Virus record (IMG/VR): IMGVR_UViG_3300025010_000009
Span: 4,776-68,775 of that record
Strand: one strand, 5' to 3'
Source: a virus
Length of the DNA: 64,000 bases
The position numbers were made by a program, and so were the translations under genes. Of the stretch, positions 1 to 9,545 are shown piece after piece. The notes beneath the pieces are model-generated. The model saw only the letters and a list, made by a program, of their open reading frames with translations. It had not been told where the DNA came from and did no database searches. Every line of letters begins with the position of its first letter. Position 1 is the first letter of the stretch.

Positions 1-25
1 TGCAAGTGGTTACAGAGGTACAAGC

Positions 26-619
26 ATGGGGTCCGTTCAGACCGCATATACTGATCAGCCCGGTCAGGCTGTTGCGGGCATGGAGGCATTTGCTAGTGAT
101 AACAATGCTAAAGATTCAATCTTCATCGGTGAGACCAATGGTATTGCCTGTGGGCGTGGCATTGTTACTGCTCAGGTTGCTGAGGCTGCGTATAAAATGC
201 AGTTGCCTAATATTGAGGCATACCTGCCCATTGGTAGTGAGGATGCTACTGATTTTGCTGGTATTCTTATGTTTGATGAGGCCTGTCAGAGTGATGAAAA
301 CGGCGTTCCCGGTTGGGCCAATGGTCGCCAGGGACGTTATATGCGGCCCCAGCGGTCAGGCGGCCGCATTTGGGTAAAGGCTGTTGAGGCTATTGATCCC
401 CAGACGGCTAGTGTTAACTGGGTTGTTACTGCCCCGGCTGATGCCTCTTATGCTCTGGGTGAGTTCAGTCCGTCTGCCCTGGGTGGTGGTGCTGCGGGCG
501 TGAGTGTTGCCCTTACTAACTGTAAATGGATTACTGCTGCTGATGCCGGTGGTTTGGCTATCATTGAGATGGTGGGTGCTATTGTTGGTGTTACCCCCAC
601 GGATGAAAGCAGCTTCTAA
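26..619 (+). CDS. Head decoration/cement-like structural protein
   Basis: 197-aa Ala/Gly-rich ORF directly upstream of the major capsid gene; this position is typical of such head modules. Confidence 0.6.
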   Translation: MGSVQTAYTDQPGQAVAGMEAFASDNNAKDSIFIGETNGIACGRGIVTAQVAEAAYKMQLPNIEAYLPIGSEDATDFAGILMFDEACQSDENGVPGWANGRQGRYMRPQRSGGRIWVKAVEAIDPQTASVNWVVTAPADASYALGEFSPSALGGGAAGVSVALTNCKWITAADAGGLAIIEMVGAIVGVTPTDESSF

Positions 620-659
620 TATCAATAACTGAATATAAACGGCAAAAGGAGGAAATACA

Positions 660-1616
660 ATGCCTTACGATTTTACAAAAGGTGGTGCGAGTAACATCAC
701 TGCAACTGAGTTGATTGTCAGTGTATTTGACCAGGTTGAGGCCGGGTTTTATGATGCACTGTATCCTGAAATCTTGTGGAGGGATATTATCGGTGAAGGA
801 AGTGTCAAGACTGATATCAATCCCGGCGCAATGAATTACGTTTACCGTTCCAGGGATATTAAGGGCCAGGGTCAGTTTGTTCAGGGTGATCCTAATAATA
901 TCCCCCGTGTTGGCCAGGTTGTTGGTCAGGTAACTGTACCTATTCTGGACGCTGCGGTTGGGGCAACCCTGACCAATGCTGAGGCCAGACGGTATCAGTA
1001 TGGTTATCAGTCAGCTCTCGCCCAGGACTATGGTGAGATTATGAAACGTGCTGTTGACTATCATGTTGAGCGTGTGTTCTTCTTTGGTGATGTCAGCGCT
1101 GGGTTTGCGGCCTTCCTGGATTATCCCAGTGTGGATAAAATTACAGCAGCTGCTCTGTGGTCTGCGGGCACTCCTGAGGATTGGGTTGAATCCATTAATG
1201 ACGCAATCACAACGGTATGGGTGAATAGCAAGACCATTCATTTGCCTGATACTGTTTACCTGCCCCCGGCCAAGTTCGCCATGTTGACGAAGGCCCATGT
1301 TATTGGCGCCGGTTCTGTGGGTGTGGCGGTAAGTGCCCTGAAGTATCTCATTGAAAATAATATCTACACTGCCCAGACTGGAAAACCCTTAAATGTCAAG
1401 TCCCTGCGGTATTTGACTGGCGCGGGTCCTGGTGGTGTTGATCGTGCGATTATTCTTGAGAGTAATCCGCGCAACTTTGTTCTGCCCTTCCCGATGCCGT
1501 ATACCCTGGCCCAGCCGGTTCCGATTCCCCTGGGCGTGGATATGTTTGCTGAGTATATTTTCGGCAGCTTTAACGTCAAGTATACGATGGCAATGGCTTA
1601 CCTGGACGGCATTTAA
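660..1616 (+). CDS. Major capsid protein (DUF2184-like, HK97 fold)
   Basis: 318 aa, strong SD (AAGGAGG), HLPDTVYLPP and GAGPGGVDRAII motifs, C-terminal YLDGI typical of this family. Confidence 0.85.
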   Translation: MPYDFTKGGASNITATELIVSVFDQVEAGFYDALYPEILWRDIIGEGSVKTDINPGAMNYVYRSRDIKGQGQFVQGDPNNIPRVGQVVGQVTVPILDAAVGATLTNAEARRYQYGYQSALAQDYGEIMKRAVDYHVERVFFFGDVSAGFAAFLDYPSVDKITAAALWSAGTPEDWVESINDAITTVWVNSKTIHLPDTVYLPPAKFAMLTKAHVIGAGSVGVAVSALKYLIENNIYTAQTGKPLNVKSLRYLTGAGPGGVDRAIILESNPRNFVLPFPMPYTLAQPVPIPLGVDMFAEYIFGSFNVKYTMAMAYLDGI

Positions 1617-1653
1617 CCCTAATTAGTAGTTTAATTTCAACAGGAGAATTAAA

Positions 1654-2061
1654 ATGGCAAATGCAAAACGACAACGGGAAGTACAGCCCGGAGCAGTTAA
1701 AAAGTCTTCAACCGTGCTTGTTGCAAATCAGCATACCGGGGGTATTGTATTCCCCCGGAAGGGACAGGGGGGAGTACACGTGCCCCCTCTGCGCCTGCCC
1801 CCCGGCAGTGTTACCCCGGTGGATCGTGAAGAATGGGAAGCACGCAAGAAATCGCCGGTTGTACAATATTACCTTGACAATGGATTGCTGGCTGAGGTCA
1901 ACAGGGTGGGTCCGGTGCCCGTGCTGGATTCCACCACCTCCCACCCGGAAGTGCCGGAACATCTTCAGGATGAGGAGCATGAAGGAAAGCAAATCTTGGC
2001 GGAAGCGGCACCGGCAACGGCAAGGGTTCGCCAAAAGAAGAGGGCAACGATTACAATTTGA
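1654..2061 (+). CDS. Hypothetical head-module protein
   Basis: SD AGGAG; lies between capsid and head-tail adaptor genes. Confidence 0.6.
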   Translation: MANAKRQREVQPGAVKKSSTVLVANQHTGGIVFPRKGQGGVHVPPLRLPPGSVTPVDREEWEARKKSPVVQYYLDNGLLAEVNRVGPVPVLDSTTSHPEVPEHLQDEEHEGKQILAEAAPATARVRQKKRATITI

Positions 2062-2161
2062 TGACTGGGAGTTTGAGTTGGAGTTTGATGGTTGAACGGG
2101 CTCTGTTCAACCAGTTTGGGAACAGAGCCTATTTGAGCTATTAAGCCAGGAGGACTTAGAG

Positions 2162-2533
2162 ATGACATATGCTGAATTCATAGCCCTTTACCCTGAGTTT
2201 ACAACTATGTCTCAGGTTATTGTTGAGGATAAACTTACACGTGCAGAATTGTTATTATCAAGTAGTGCGTGGGGTGACTTCTATCAAACAGCAATTGGCC
2301 TTGATGCGGCGCATAATCTGGCATTGAGAGCAGCTATTGGTAGTAGTACAACAGGGGGTATCAAGGCAGCAGCAGGACAGATAACGAGTGCAAGTGGTGC
2401 GGGCCTATCTGTTGGTTTTGCTCAATCACAAAGTAATAATCAAACTGAAGAATGGTATAATAAGACAATTTATGGTCAAGAATATTTAAGACTGCGTTCT
2501 GTAGTCATAGCCCCGTGTTTGATGACCACATGA
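2162..2533 (+). CDS. Head-tail adaptor (DUF4054-like)
   Basis: EFIALYPEF start, AAHNLAL, WYNKTIYGQEY motifs. Confidence 0.8.
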   Translation: MTYAEFIALYPEFTTMSQVIVEDKLTRAELLLSSSAWGDFYQTAIGLDAAHNLALRAAIGSSTTGGIKAAAGQITSASGAGLSVGFAQSQSNNQTEEWYNKTIYGQEYLRLRSVVIAPCLMTT

Positions 2534-3522
2534 ATATTTTCTTGACTATACCGGGGTTTACCCCGCATGGCGGTATAAGGGTAATTCTTGAGTGGGCAAA
2601 TAGGTTGTCTGCCTTTCACAAGGTTTACCTCTACAGTCGGAGCCGGCAACGGCTTGATTGGTTTGCTCTTGATAGGAGGGTACAACGTATTACAGCACCC
2701 AAGTTATTAAAGTGTTGTAATTGTTTGATTGTCAGTAGCCCACATGATGTTGAATTATTGACCAATCCTGATCGGCCTGACCGTTGTTTTGTATTTATGC
2801 AAATGTTGGAACATCTGTTCCAACCGGGAAATCCCCATTGGGCAGCAAGATGTAAACGGTTTTACCTAACAGGATATCCACTTATAGCAATTAGTCAGTG
2901 GAATATCAAAGAGTTGAAAAAAATGGGCAGAACTGGGCCTGTATATTACGTTGGAAATGGGGTAAATACAGTTGATTTCCCACCTTATACTGGTGGGGAA
3001 AAACCTGGGAATACAGTATTGGTGGAGGGTTGGCAGGCTATTAACCCAACTAAGGATGCCCAGAGAATTGCCCCTAAAGTTGCCCAGAGATTGAAGGCTT
3101 TGGGGTATAAGATCAAAGCCTATGGACAATTGCCCCTAGATGGACAATATGATTCAGTTCTTGATAGGTATTATTGCTGTCCGGGCTTGCCTGTTCTTAA
3201 CACCTTGTATGAAGAGGCTTCAATTTTGTTGAAGGCTAGTATTTGTGATGCCCGTAGTTGTAGCCCTATGGAGGCTATGGCAAAGAGTGCTGTGCCTGTT
3301 CGGGCTATTGACTACGGTGATGATGACCTGGTCAATGATTATAATTGCCTAAGGGTTGGTTATAATGAGGATGGGTTATTTACGGCTGCAGTCAGGGTCT
3401 TAACAGATATTGAATTACAATCAAGGTTAAGGACTAATGGCCAGGCTTATATCCGGGAATATAGCTGGTCATATTGGATTAATCAAATTGATAATATACT
3501 AAGTACCCATTATGAAAAATAG
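2530..3522 (+). CDS. Glycosyltransferase, GT-B fold (GT4-like)
   Basis: HGGIRVI N-terminus, VGNGVN, PMEAMA motif; ATG at 2530 overlaps the upstream stop. Confidence 0.8.
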   Translation: MNIFLTIPGFTPHGGIRVILEWANRLSAFHKVYLYSRSRQRLDWFALDRRVQRITAPKLLKCCNCLIVSSPHDVELLTNPDRPDRCFVFMQMLEHLFQPGNPHWAARCKRFYLTGYPLIAISQWNIKELKKMGRTGPVYYVGNGVNTVDFPPYTGGEKPGNTVLVEGWQAINPTKDAQRIAPKVAQRLKALGYKIKAYGQLPLDGQYDSVLDRYYCCPGLPVLNTLYEEASILLKASICDARSCSPMEAMAKSAVPVRAIDYGDDDLVNDYNCLRVGYNEDGLFTAAVRVLTDIELQSRLRTNGQAYIREYSWSYWINQIDNILSTHYEK

Positions 3523-4144
3523 AGTGATTGTAATTGCAGTAGTATATGAGGAGCCTGATTGGTATAAGACACGTAATTGTCTTGAGGCTCTTGATTGTCC
3601 TGTTTTTTATGTTGGTCGTCGGGGTGTAGGTAGTCTGGCGCATGCTCTTAATGTTGGGTTTTTAAAATACACTCTGCCTACCACTGAATATGTCTGGTTT
3701 GTTACGAATGTAACTTGGACTGAGGGGCTGTTGAAGAAATTGGTTAGGGAAATGGATGTGGGTGGTTGGGCAGCGGTTCATCCTTGTTTTGAAAGTGATC
3801 ATATTCATGCTCGGCCTGCTGGTGTTGATGAAACTCGGGGGGTTCCTTTTATAGAGTTTACAGCGCCGATTGTCAGAGTTGATGTATTTAAGAAGTTTCT
3901 CCTTGATGAGCGGATGCCCTATTGGGGACATGATCTTGATTGGGGATGGCGTGTAACTCAGGCCGGGTATAAAATTGGAGTTTATCACGGACAGCAACTT
4001 GGACATACGTATATTCGACATAACCGTCATAATCATCCAATTACAATTGAAAGAGCAAGGTTGAGACGGGCAACAGATCCCAGCACCAGGGTTGCCCTCA
4101 GACAAAAATATGGACTTGGGTGGAGAAAATTAATATGGAAATGA
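3512..4144 (+). CDS. Glycosyltransferase, GT-A fold (GT2-like)
   Basis: LAHALNVG, LDERMPYWGHDLDWGWRV motifs. Confidence 0.7.
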   Translation: MKNRVIVIAVVYEEPDWYKTRNCLEALDCPVFYVGRRGVGSLAHALNVGFLKYTLPTTEYVWFVTNVTWTEGLLKKLVREMDVGGWAAVHPCFESDHIHARPAGVDETRGVPFIEFTAPIVRVDVFKKFLLDERMPYWGHDLDWGWRVTQAGYKIGVYHGQQLGHTYIRHNRHNHPITIERARLRRATDPSTRVALRQKYGLGWRKLIWK

Positions 4145-4782
4145 GTATTCCTCAACAATCAGCGCAAAAGCAGTATGACCTCTGGCAGGATAATCCCTAT
4201 TATGCTCAAGCTGAGGAGCGGATGGACTGTCAGTGGAATGAGTTGATTTGGCCCAGGATTAAAGACTGTAATTTTACCCATGTTGTTGACCTTGCTTGCG
4301 GTCATGGGCGTAATTCTGAAAAGTTCCTACCCCTTGCTGGCCGGATTACTCTTGTTGACTTGAGTGATAACAATATTACATTTTGTCGGAAACGGTTTGC
4401 CGGCAGGGCGCAGCGTATGCGGTTTACCCGGACGACTGGGGTAGATATTCCATGTCATCCTGGAGTTGTAACCCTGTTATATTGTTTTGATGCCATGGTG
4501 CATTTCAGTCCTGAGGTTGTTTGTGCCTATATATATGAGGCACAAAGAGTCTTGACCTTGGGTGGGCATGCTTTTTTTCATCATAGTAACTTATCTACCC
4601 AGAATCCAACCTTTTCGTATAATCCGCATGCTCGGAATCATATGACCCAGGATTTGTTTAAATATTGGGTCAATGCTGCTGGGCTTGAGATTGTAAGCAG
4701 TGATGTTATTCCATGGGGGCAGGCTGAGTATAGGTTTGAGGCTCTTGATTGTATAACTGTTTTGAAAAAGGTCAGACTCTAA
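4141..4782 (+). CDS. Class I SAM-dependent methyltransferase
   Basis: VVDLACGHGR motif I, LVDLS, FDAMVHF. Confidence 0.85.
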   Translation: MSIPQQSAQKQYDLWQDNPYYAQAEERMDCQWNELIWPRIKDCNFTHVVDLACGHGRNSEKFLPLAGRITLVDLSDNNITFCRKRFAGRAQRMRFTRTTGVDIPCHPGVVTLLYCFDAMVHFSPEVVCAYIYEAQRVLTLGGHAFFHHSNLSTQNPTFSYNPHARNHMTQDLFKYWVNAAGLEIVSSDVIPWGQAEYRFEALDCITVLKKVRL

Positions 4783-5780
4783 TGTCCGGAATTGTAATAC
4801 ATAGTAGACGGGTAGTCTACTGGCAGATACCAAAGGCAGCATGTACAGCTATCAAGCACTACCTTTGTTCTGTACTGGGCAATCCTAATCCTGGGAATCC
4901 CCATGATGAGCAGTTATATACTTGGACCAATAAGGTCATCAAGGAATATTATAATTTTGCACTCGTGCGTAATCCGTTTAGTCGTTTATATTCCTTATGG
5001 AAAAATAAGGTTAGGGACAGTCTTGATATCCATGTATTTGATCCCAAACGACATAGACGTTACGGCATAGTCCAGGGTATGCCTTTTGATGCTTTTATAC
5101 GTGCAATTTTGTCTATACCTTTAGATAGGGCAGATATTCATTATCTTCCTCAACATTGTCAATTACCCCAGGGGGTAACATGTATACATATGGAGGATGT
5201 CCAGGCATTTATGCGGGGAATTCTCCCTGTTGAGAATTCCTCCCCTGCTGGGGATTGGCATTATGCGTATGGTCCTGAAACTATGGGCATGGTTGTTCAA
5301 TACTATGCTCCTGATTTTCAACGCTTTGGGTATCCGGCCACCCCGTGGGAAACCATATTGATTGATTGTGATGGTGTACTGACAGACGGACAACTTACAA
5401 TTGATTGTGATGGGGAGAAGCTTTTTAAACGATTCCATACCCGTGACGTTCGGGCAATCAGGCAGTTAGTAGGTCTTGGATATCATTGTGTAATAGTAAG
5501 TGCTGATGACTGGCCTGGGATATTCCATTTTGCAAACAAAGTTGGGGCTAAGGTTTTGATCAGTAAGGATAAAAAGGAAAACGGTTATCAGAATTATATT
5601 GCAATTGGGGATGATGCGTGGGATGTACCTATGATAAAGGGGGCTGCCCTTGCTTTTGCTCCTGCTAATGCTGACTCCTCTGTTTTAAATTGCGGCCGTC
5701 CGGTAATAAGACTGGCTACCTCTGGTGGCCAGGGCGTTATGGCTGAGGTATTACAGAAATTATTGGCAGGAGTAAGATAA
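4782..5780 (+). CDS. Fusion of a carbohydrate sulfotransferase domain and a KdsC-like HAD phosphatase
   Basis: N-half has IPKAACT and VRNPFSRLYS PAPS-binding motifs plus HYLPQ; C-half has DCDGVLTDG, IGDDAWD and GGQGVMAEV. Confidence 0.8.
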   Translation: MSGIVIHSRRVVYWQIPKAACTAIKHYLCSVLGNPNPGNPHDEQLYTWTNKVIKEYYNFALVRNPFSRLYSLWKNKVRDSLDIHVFDPKRHRRYGIVQGMPFDAFIRAILSIPLDRADIHYLPQHCQLPQGVTCIHMEDVQAFMRGILPVENSSPAGDWHYAYGPETMGMVVQYYAPDFQRFGYPATPWETILIDCDGVLTDGQLTIDCDGEKLFKRFHTRDVRAIRQLVGLGYHCVIVSADDWPGIFHFANKVGAKVLISKDKKENGYQNYIAIGDDAWDVPMIKGAALAFAPANADSSVLNCGRPVIRLATSGGQGVMAEVLQKLLAGVR

Positions 5781-6511
5781 TGAGGGTTGATATCGTTTAC
5801 CCCCTGGCTAATCAAAGCAAGGACAAAGATGATTGGGAATTACGGTATAGTCTGCGTTCTCTTGCTGCCCAGGATTGGGTGGGGAATATCTACCTTGTGG
5901 GCTATAAACCGAATTGGACTATTGGGGTGACACACGTACCTATGGGTGATCCCTGCCGGGCAAAAGACGCAAATATCATTCGTAAAATCCTTGCTGTTTG
6001 TAATATGCCGGGAGTATCAAATAATTTAGTTATAAATAGTGATGATCAATATGTTATGCGGAAAATAGACCTTAAAGACCTTGGCCCATGGGCGGAAGAT
6101 CCTCATAATTTGAAACATCTTGATGTAAAGCGGTTGGCTTCTCGATGGTGGCAGAGGGTAGTTGATACTATGGATTGTTGTACTAGGGTTAAACGTCCTC
6201 AGTGGGTATTTGAGGCACATATACCGTATTTGATTGACGTCCAGGCGTACAAGAAACACATGACCAAATTACCTTGGAATATTGGTAATGGCCTCACTAC
6301 TCATATTTATTTTAATATGGTTGGGGTTCAGGCTCCAGCGCAGCCACCAAAGGGTTTTGTATTTCGTAATGGTCACCAGGAAGATACTGATGCGTTACAA
6401 AAACTTGCAGGCTGTACTTTTTTCAATCACAACAATACAGGTCTTACCTATGCAATTAAGGACTGGATGGCCCAGCGTTTCCCTGCCCCAAGTCCTTGGG
6501 AGGTAGTATGA
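5780..6511 (+). CDS. Stealth-like sugar-phosphate transferase
   Basis: VDIVYP, ELRYSLRSL, INSDD motifs resemble Stealth conserved regions 1-2. Confidence 0.6.
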   Translation: MRVDIVYPLANQSKDKDDWELRYSLRSLAAQDWVGNIYLVGYKPNWTIGVTHVPMGDPCRAKDANIIRKILAVCNMPGVSNNLVINSDDQYVMRKIDLKDLGPWAEDPHNLKHLDVKRLASRWWQRVVDTMDCCTRVKRPQWVFEAHIPYLIDVQAYKKHMTKLPWNIGNGLTTHIYFNMVGVQAPAQPPKGFVFRNGHQEDTDALQKLAGCTFFNHNNTGLTYAIKDWMAQRFPAPSPWEVV

Positions 6512-6993
6512 ACCCTGAAATACTGATAGCCCCGGCCTTGACATTATTACCAGCAGTTATGAACACTGCGCCGGCAGTACATATGGTTCTTGCCATTGGG
6601 TACCAGGAAAGCGGATTTACCCGGAGAAGGCAAATGGGGAATGGCCCAGCACGGAGTTTTTGGCAATTTGAGGTAAATGGGGTAAAGTCTGTACTCCAGC
6701 ACCCTGCTAGTCAGCAACACGTCCAAAAGGCTTTGGCCCTAATGGATTATTGTGTTTCAGATGTTGGGACTATAATGAGGGCTATTGAACATAATGATAT
6801 TCTTGCTTTTATATTTGCCCGGCTACTACTCTGGACCTTACCCCAGCCTCTGCCAGGCAGGGATGATATAGATGGCGCCTGGGCTCAATATATTGCTGCC
6901 TGGCGTCCGGGTAAACCCCGGCGTGGAGATTGGTTTCATTCATTTACTCAGGCCCGAAGGATTGTATTTCTTCATTCCAGGTACCTGGAATGA
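6508..6993 (+). CDS. Lysozyme-like putative endolysin
   Basis: LAIGYQES (candidate catalytic Glu), GPARSFWQFE, ARLLLWT, WRPGKP. Confidence 0.65.
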   Translation: MNPEILIAPALTLLPAVMNTAPAVHMVLAIGYQESGFTRRRQMGNGPARSFWQFEVNGVKSVLQHPASQQHVQKALALMDYCVSDVGTIMRAIEHNDILAFIFARLLLWTLPQPLPGRDDIDGAWAQYIAAWRPGKPRRGDWFHSFTQARRIVFLHSRYLE

Positions 6994-7150
6994 AGAGTGG
7001 TGGATAAGCAGGCCGGTTTGGGCTGGGATGTGTAATTGGATGGATTTAAAGGTCAGTCTCACAGTTATTGATTTAATTGAAATGCACCGTAGTTTGAACT
7101 TAAAAGATTATCTTAATCAACAAACATACACACAGGAGGAAAAGAAATGA
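6962..7150 (+). pseudogene. Orphan copy of the tail-assembly-chaperone C-terminal (post-frameshift) domain
   Basis: WWISRPVWAGMCNWMDL...VIDLIEMHRSLNLKDYL aligns with WWCGRPVWAGLCSWIEL...VIDLMEMHRSLNLKDWL in the -1 frame at about 12675-12790. Confidence 0.75.
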
Positions 7151-7198
7151 AGACATACTTTGAAAATGGTCGGGCTAAAGCTCAGTCTGAAATAATGA
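7059..7198 (+). repeat. Direct repeat of about 140 bp, copy 1
   Basis: Near-identical to 7482-7619; includes SD, ATG and first 17 codons of the downstream ORF. Confidence 0.95.
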
Positions 7199-7335
7199 GT
7201 AAGTATAAAGTAATAAATGCTGTTCTTTCACATTATGAAAAAATGCGTGAAAAGCTAGGCAGTTTAATTAATCAAACTATTGAAGAGTTTGTAAGAATTG
7301 AATCAAAAAATATAAAAACAAAAAAAAGATTTTGA
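7147..7335 (+). CDS. Small FENG-leader protein 1
   Basis: MKTYFENGRAKAQSEIM start, SD AGGAGG. Confidence 0.75.
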   Translation: MKTYFENGRAKAQSEIMSKYKVINAVLSHYEKMREKLGSLINQTIEEFVRIESKNIKTKKRF

Positions 7336-7481
7336 TACGATGTGGAATAGCGGACTGCTTCAAAAGACGAAAAGTAATTTTCCAGGGGCAGATCACAGGG
7401 AGCTAGATTATGTATATAAAGTAATACGAGGGGAAAAAGCTCCGAGATAAACATAATATAAGTAAACAATTTAATACACGG

Positions 7482-7619
7482 TCACAGTTATTGATTTAAT
7501 TGAAATACACCGTAGTTTGAACTTAAAAGATTATCCCAATCAACAAACATACACAGGAGGAAAAGAAATGAAAACACATTTTGAAAATGGCAGAGCTAAA
7601 GCCCAGTCTGAAATAATGA
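7482..7619 (+). repeat. Direct repeat of about 140 bp, copy 2
   Basis: Near-identical to 7059-7198. Confidence 0.95.
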
Positions 7620-7798
7620 ACGCTTATCCGGTGTTGAATGTATACGGAAGCATTGTTACTAGGATTGGTGGGTATGCTATTATTGAAGGGATTGGGCCAG
7701 ATGGTGGTTTTTGGTTTGCAAAAGGGCATGGTGAATTAAAAAAGTTTAAAACAAGGAAACTTGCAGAAGAACATGCGCAGTTATCAAGTGATTTTTAA
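7568..7798 (+). CDS. Small FENG-leader protein 2
   Basis: MKTHFENGRAKAQSEIM start at ATG 7568, SD AGGAGG. Confidence 0.75.
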   Translation: MKTHFENGRAKAQSEIMNAYPVLNVYGSIVTRIGGYAIIEGIGPDGGFWFAKGHGELKKFKTRKLAEEHAQLSSDF

Positions 7799-7831
7799 TA
7801 TTGCAATAAATAAATTGGAAGGGGTTTCGAA

Positions 7832-8068
7832 ATGAGTAGACTAGGCTTTGCCGCTGATATGGCTGGAGGTTCAGCTGAAGCACTGTGTCAAGATCTGAAG
7901 GAGTTGCTTGGTTCATTTGATTCCCCTATATGGGGTGAGTTCAACCAGTCGATGTTTCAGTTCTTTGGTGGTGATGCTTCTTTTCAGTAACTTCGAGATA
8001 TGGGTGATTTGCTTGACGCAATTAATGTGTGTATGCAAGCGTTTCCGGATAAGGCCCAATGTCAGTAG
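7832..8068 (+). pseudogene. Small ORF interrupted by an in-frame TAA at 7988-7990
   Basis: 52 codons, TAA, then 25 more in-frame codons to a TAG overlapping the next gene. Confidence 0.4.
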
Positions 8069-8547
8069 TCACAAAGCGTAAAAATCCCAAGGCAGTAGGG
8101 AATGTGCTTAAACGTTGGAAGTCCTTAACTGAGCAGGAAATTGCTGTGGGCTTTCCTAAGGGCATAACTGAAGCCTATCCTGATGGAGAACAGGTATTGG
8201 ACGTTGCTATTGCAAACTGTTATGGCACGTCCACAATCCCCCAGCGTGATTTTATGACCCTAGCGCAAAAGGGTATACGGTCTGGAACAAAGGCTATAAT
8301 GGCAAAAATTGGACAGCTGGCAAATACTCAACAACCGGGTATGGCTGATGAGAAAAAAGTTATAGGCCTGCAAAATGCTGCCGGTATGACTGCTCAGGAA
8401 GCAATTCGGGAAGCAATTATTGAGTTGGATACACCCCCAAATGCTCCGGCTACAATTGAGGCAAAGGGTAGTAGCAACCCCCTTATTGATACCGGGCGGA
8501 TGAAAGACAGTGTAACATGGGTAGTACGACCAAAGAGGAGAAAATGA
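8059..8547 (+). CDS. Neck / tail-completion protein
   Basis: PPNAPATIEAKGSSNPLIDTGRM motif common in myophage neck proteins. Confidence 0.8.
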   Translation: MSVVTKRKNPKAVGNVLKRWKSLTEQEIAVGFPKGITEAYPDGEQVLDVAIANCYGTSTIPQRDFMTLAQKGIRSGTKAIMAKIGQLANTQQPGMADEKKVIGLQNAAGMTAQEAIREAIIELDTPPNAPATIEAKGSSNPLIDTGRMKDSVTWVVRPKRRK

Positions 8548-8548
8548 A

Positions 8549-8935
8549 ATGAGTATATTACCCCTGGATATTGCAGCCCTGGCTCTTGATTTCTTCACTA
8601 CGGGTTATGCCATTACGGACTATGTATATACTACTGTTGATGGGGAGGACAGGAAAGCTGTTAATGCTGTTCGAGCTGACGTAGCTCTTGCGATTGATCC
8701 TAGTGGTAGTAAGGAACTTGAAAGGATTTTCGGTGGTAGTGTTTCTGATGGTGATCTGTTGGTAGTAAGTAGGGAGGTCCTGTATATGAGTGATATGTAT
8801 GTTACGGGTGAAACTCGGAAACAGAGCGTTTTTACCTATAGCGGGGTGCCCTATTTTATTTCAGGCATTGCTGACTGGAATGCCCAGGTTGGGGTTCGGG
8901 TTTACCGCGCCAGCCGATACGTAAATCAAGGATAA
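8549..8935 (+). CDS. Head-closure/joining protein
   Basis: Size and synteny. Confidence 0.5.
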   Translation: MSILPLDIAALALDFFTTGYAITDYVYTTVDGEDRKAVNAVRADVALAIDPSGSKELERIFGGSVSDGDLLVVSREVLYMSDMYVTGETRKQSVFTYSGVPYFISGIADWNAQVGVRVYRASRYVNQG

Positions 8936-8939
8936 GCCA

Positions 8940-9530
8940 ATGAGTAGCCGGGGAACAAGTATTGGGGCATTATATACAGCTATTGGAGCAATTATCCTAT
9001 CCTCAACTGGTCGTAGTTGGTGGAAAAAGGCTGGACTTCAGGCAATTCCACCAAGTCCATACGCTCTTATTCAATTAGTTGAGGGCCAGGGTATTGAAAA
9101 CGAAGTTGTTGAAACTGTTGAACTCGATGAGGCGTTAGAAACTGGGGAATGGTTTCAAGAGCGTCCTTGGGGTACACGTCTTATCCGTGTTACTGTTGAG
9201 TTTTTTAGGGATGCTGCAAATAATAAGGCACTTGAGGCTGCAACACGTTTTATGCTCGCACTTAGACTTGAGGAACGGGTGTGGGATTTATGGCAAATAT
9301 GTGGTCTCGTTGGGGGCTTGGACTTGGTTGATTTAAGTATGGCCTTTCGGCAGGATATAGAGGGCAGGGCATTGGTTAAGTTCAATGTCTATGCTAATAT
9401 TGCTCTGCCATTGCCCCTTGATGATGTTAATATTTTTGATATTGATACCCAAACAATCAACGTTGTCCACGTCCAGATAGACGGCCAGGAAACAGAGATT
9501 GAAGTTGAAGTTGAAAACACTGAAAATTAA
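8940..9530 (+). CDS. Tail terminator-like protein
   Basis: Immediately before sheath; PPSPYALI motif. Confidence 0.55.
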   Translation: MSSRGTSIGALYTAIGAIILSSTGRSWWKKAGLQAIPPSPYALIQLVEGQGIENEVVETVELDEALETGEWFQERPWGTRLIRVTVEFFRDAANNKALEAATRFMLALRLEERVWDLWQICGLVGGLDLVDLSMAFRQDIEGRALVKFNVYANIALPLPLDDVNIFDIDTQTINVVHVQIDGQETEIEVEVENTEN

Positions 9531-9545
9531 AGTGGAGGAACAACA

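Noticed and set aside
7059-7619. DGR template/variable repeat pair
   Set aside because: Differences are not confined to adenines and include an indel; no reverse transcriptase in the window
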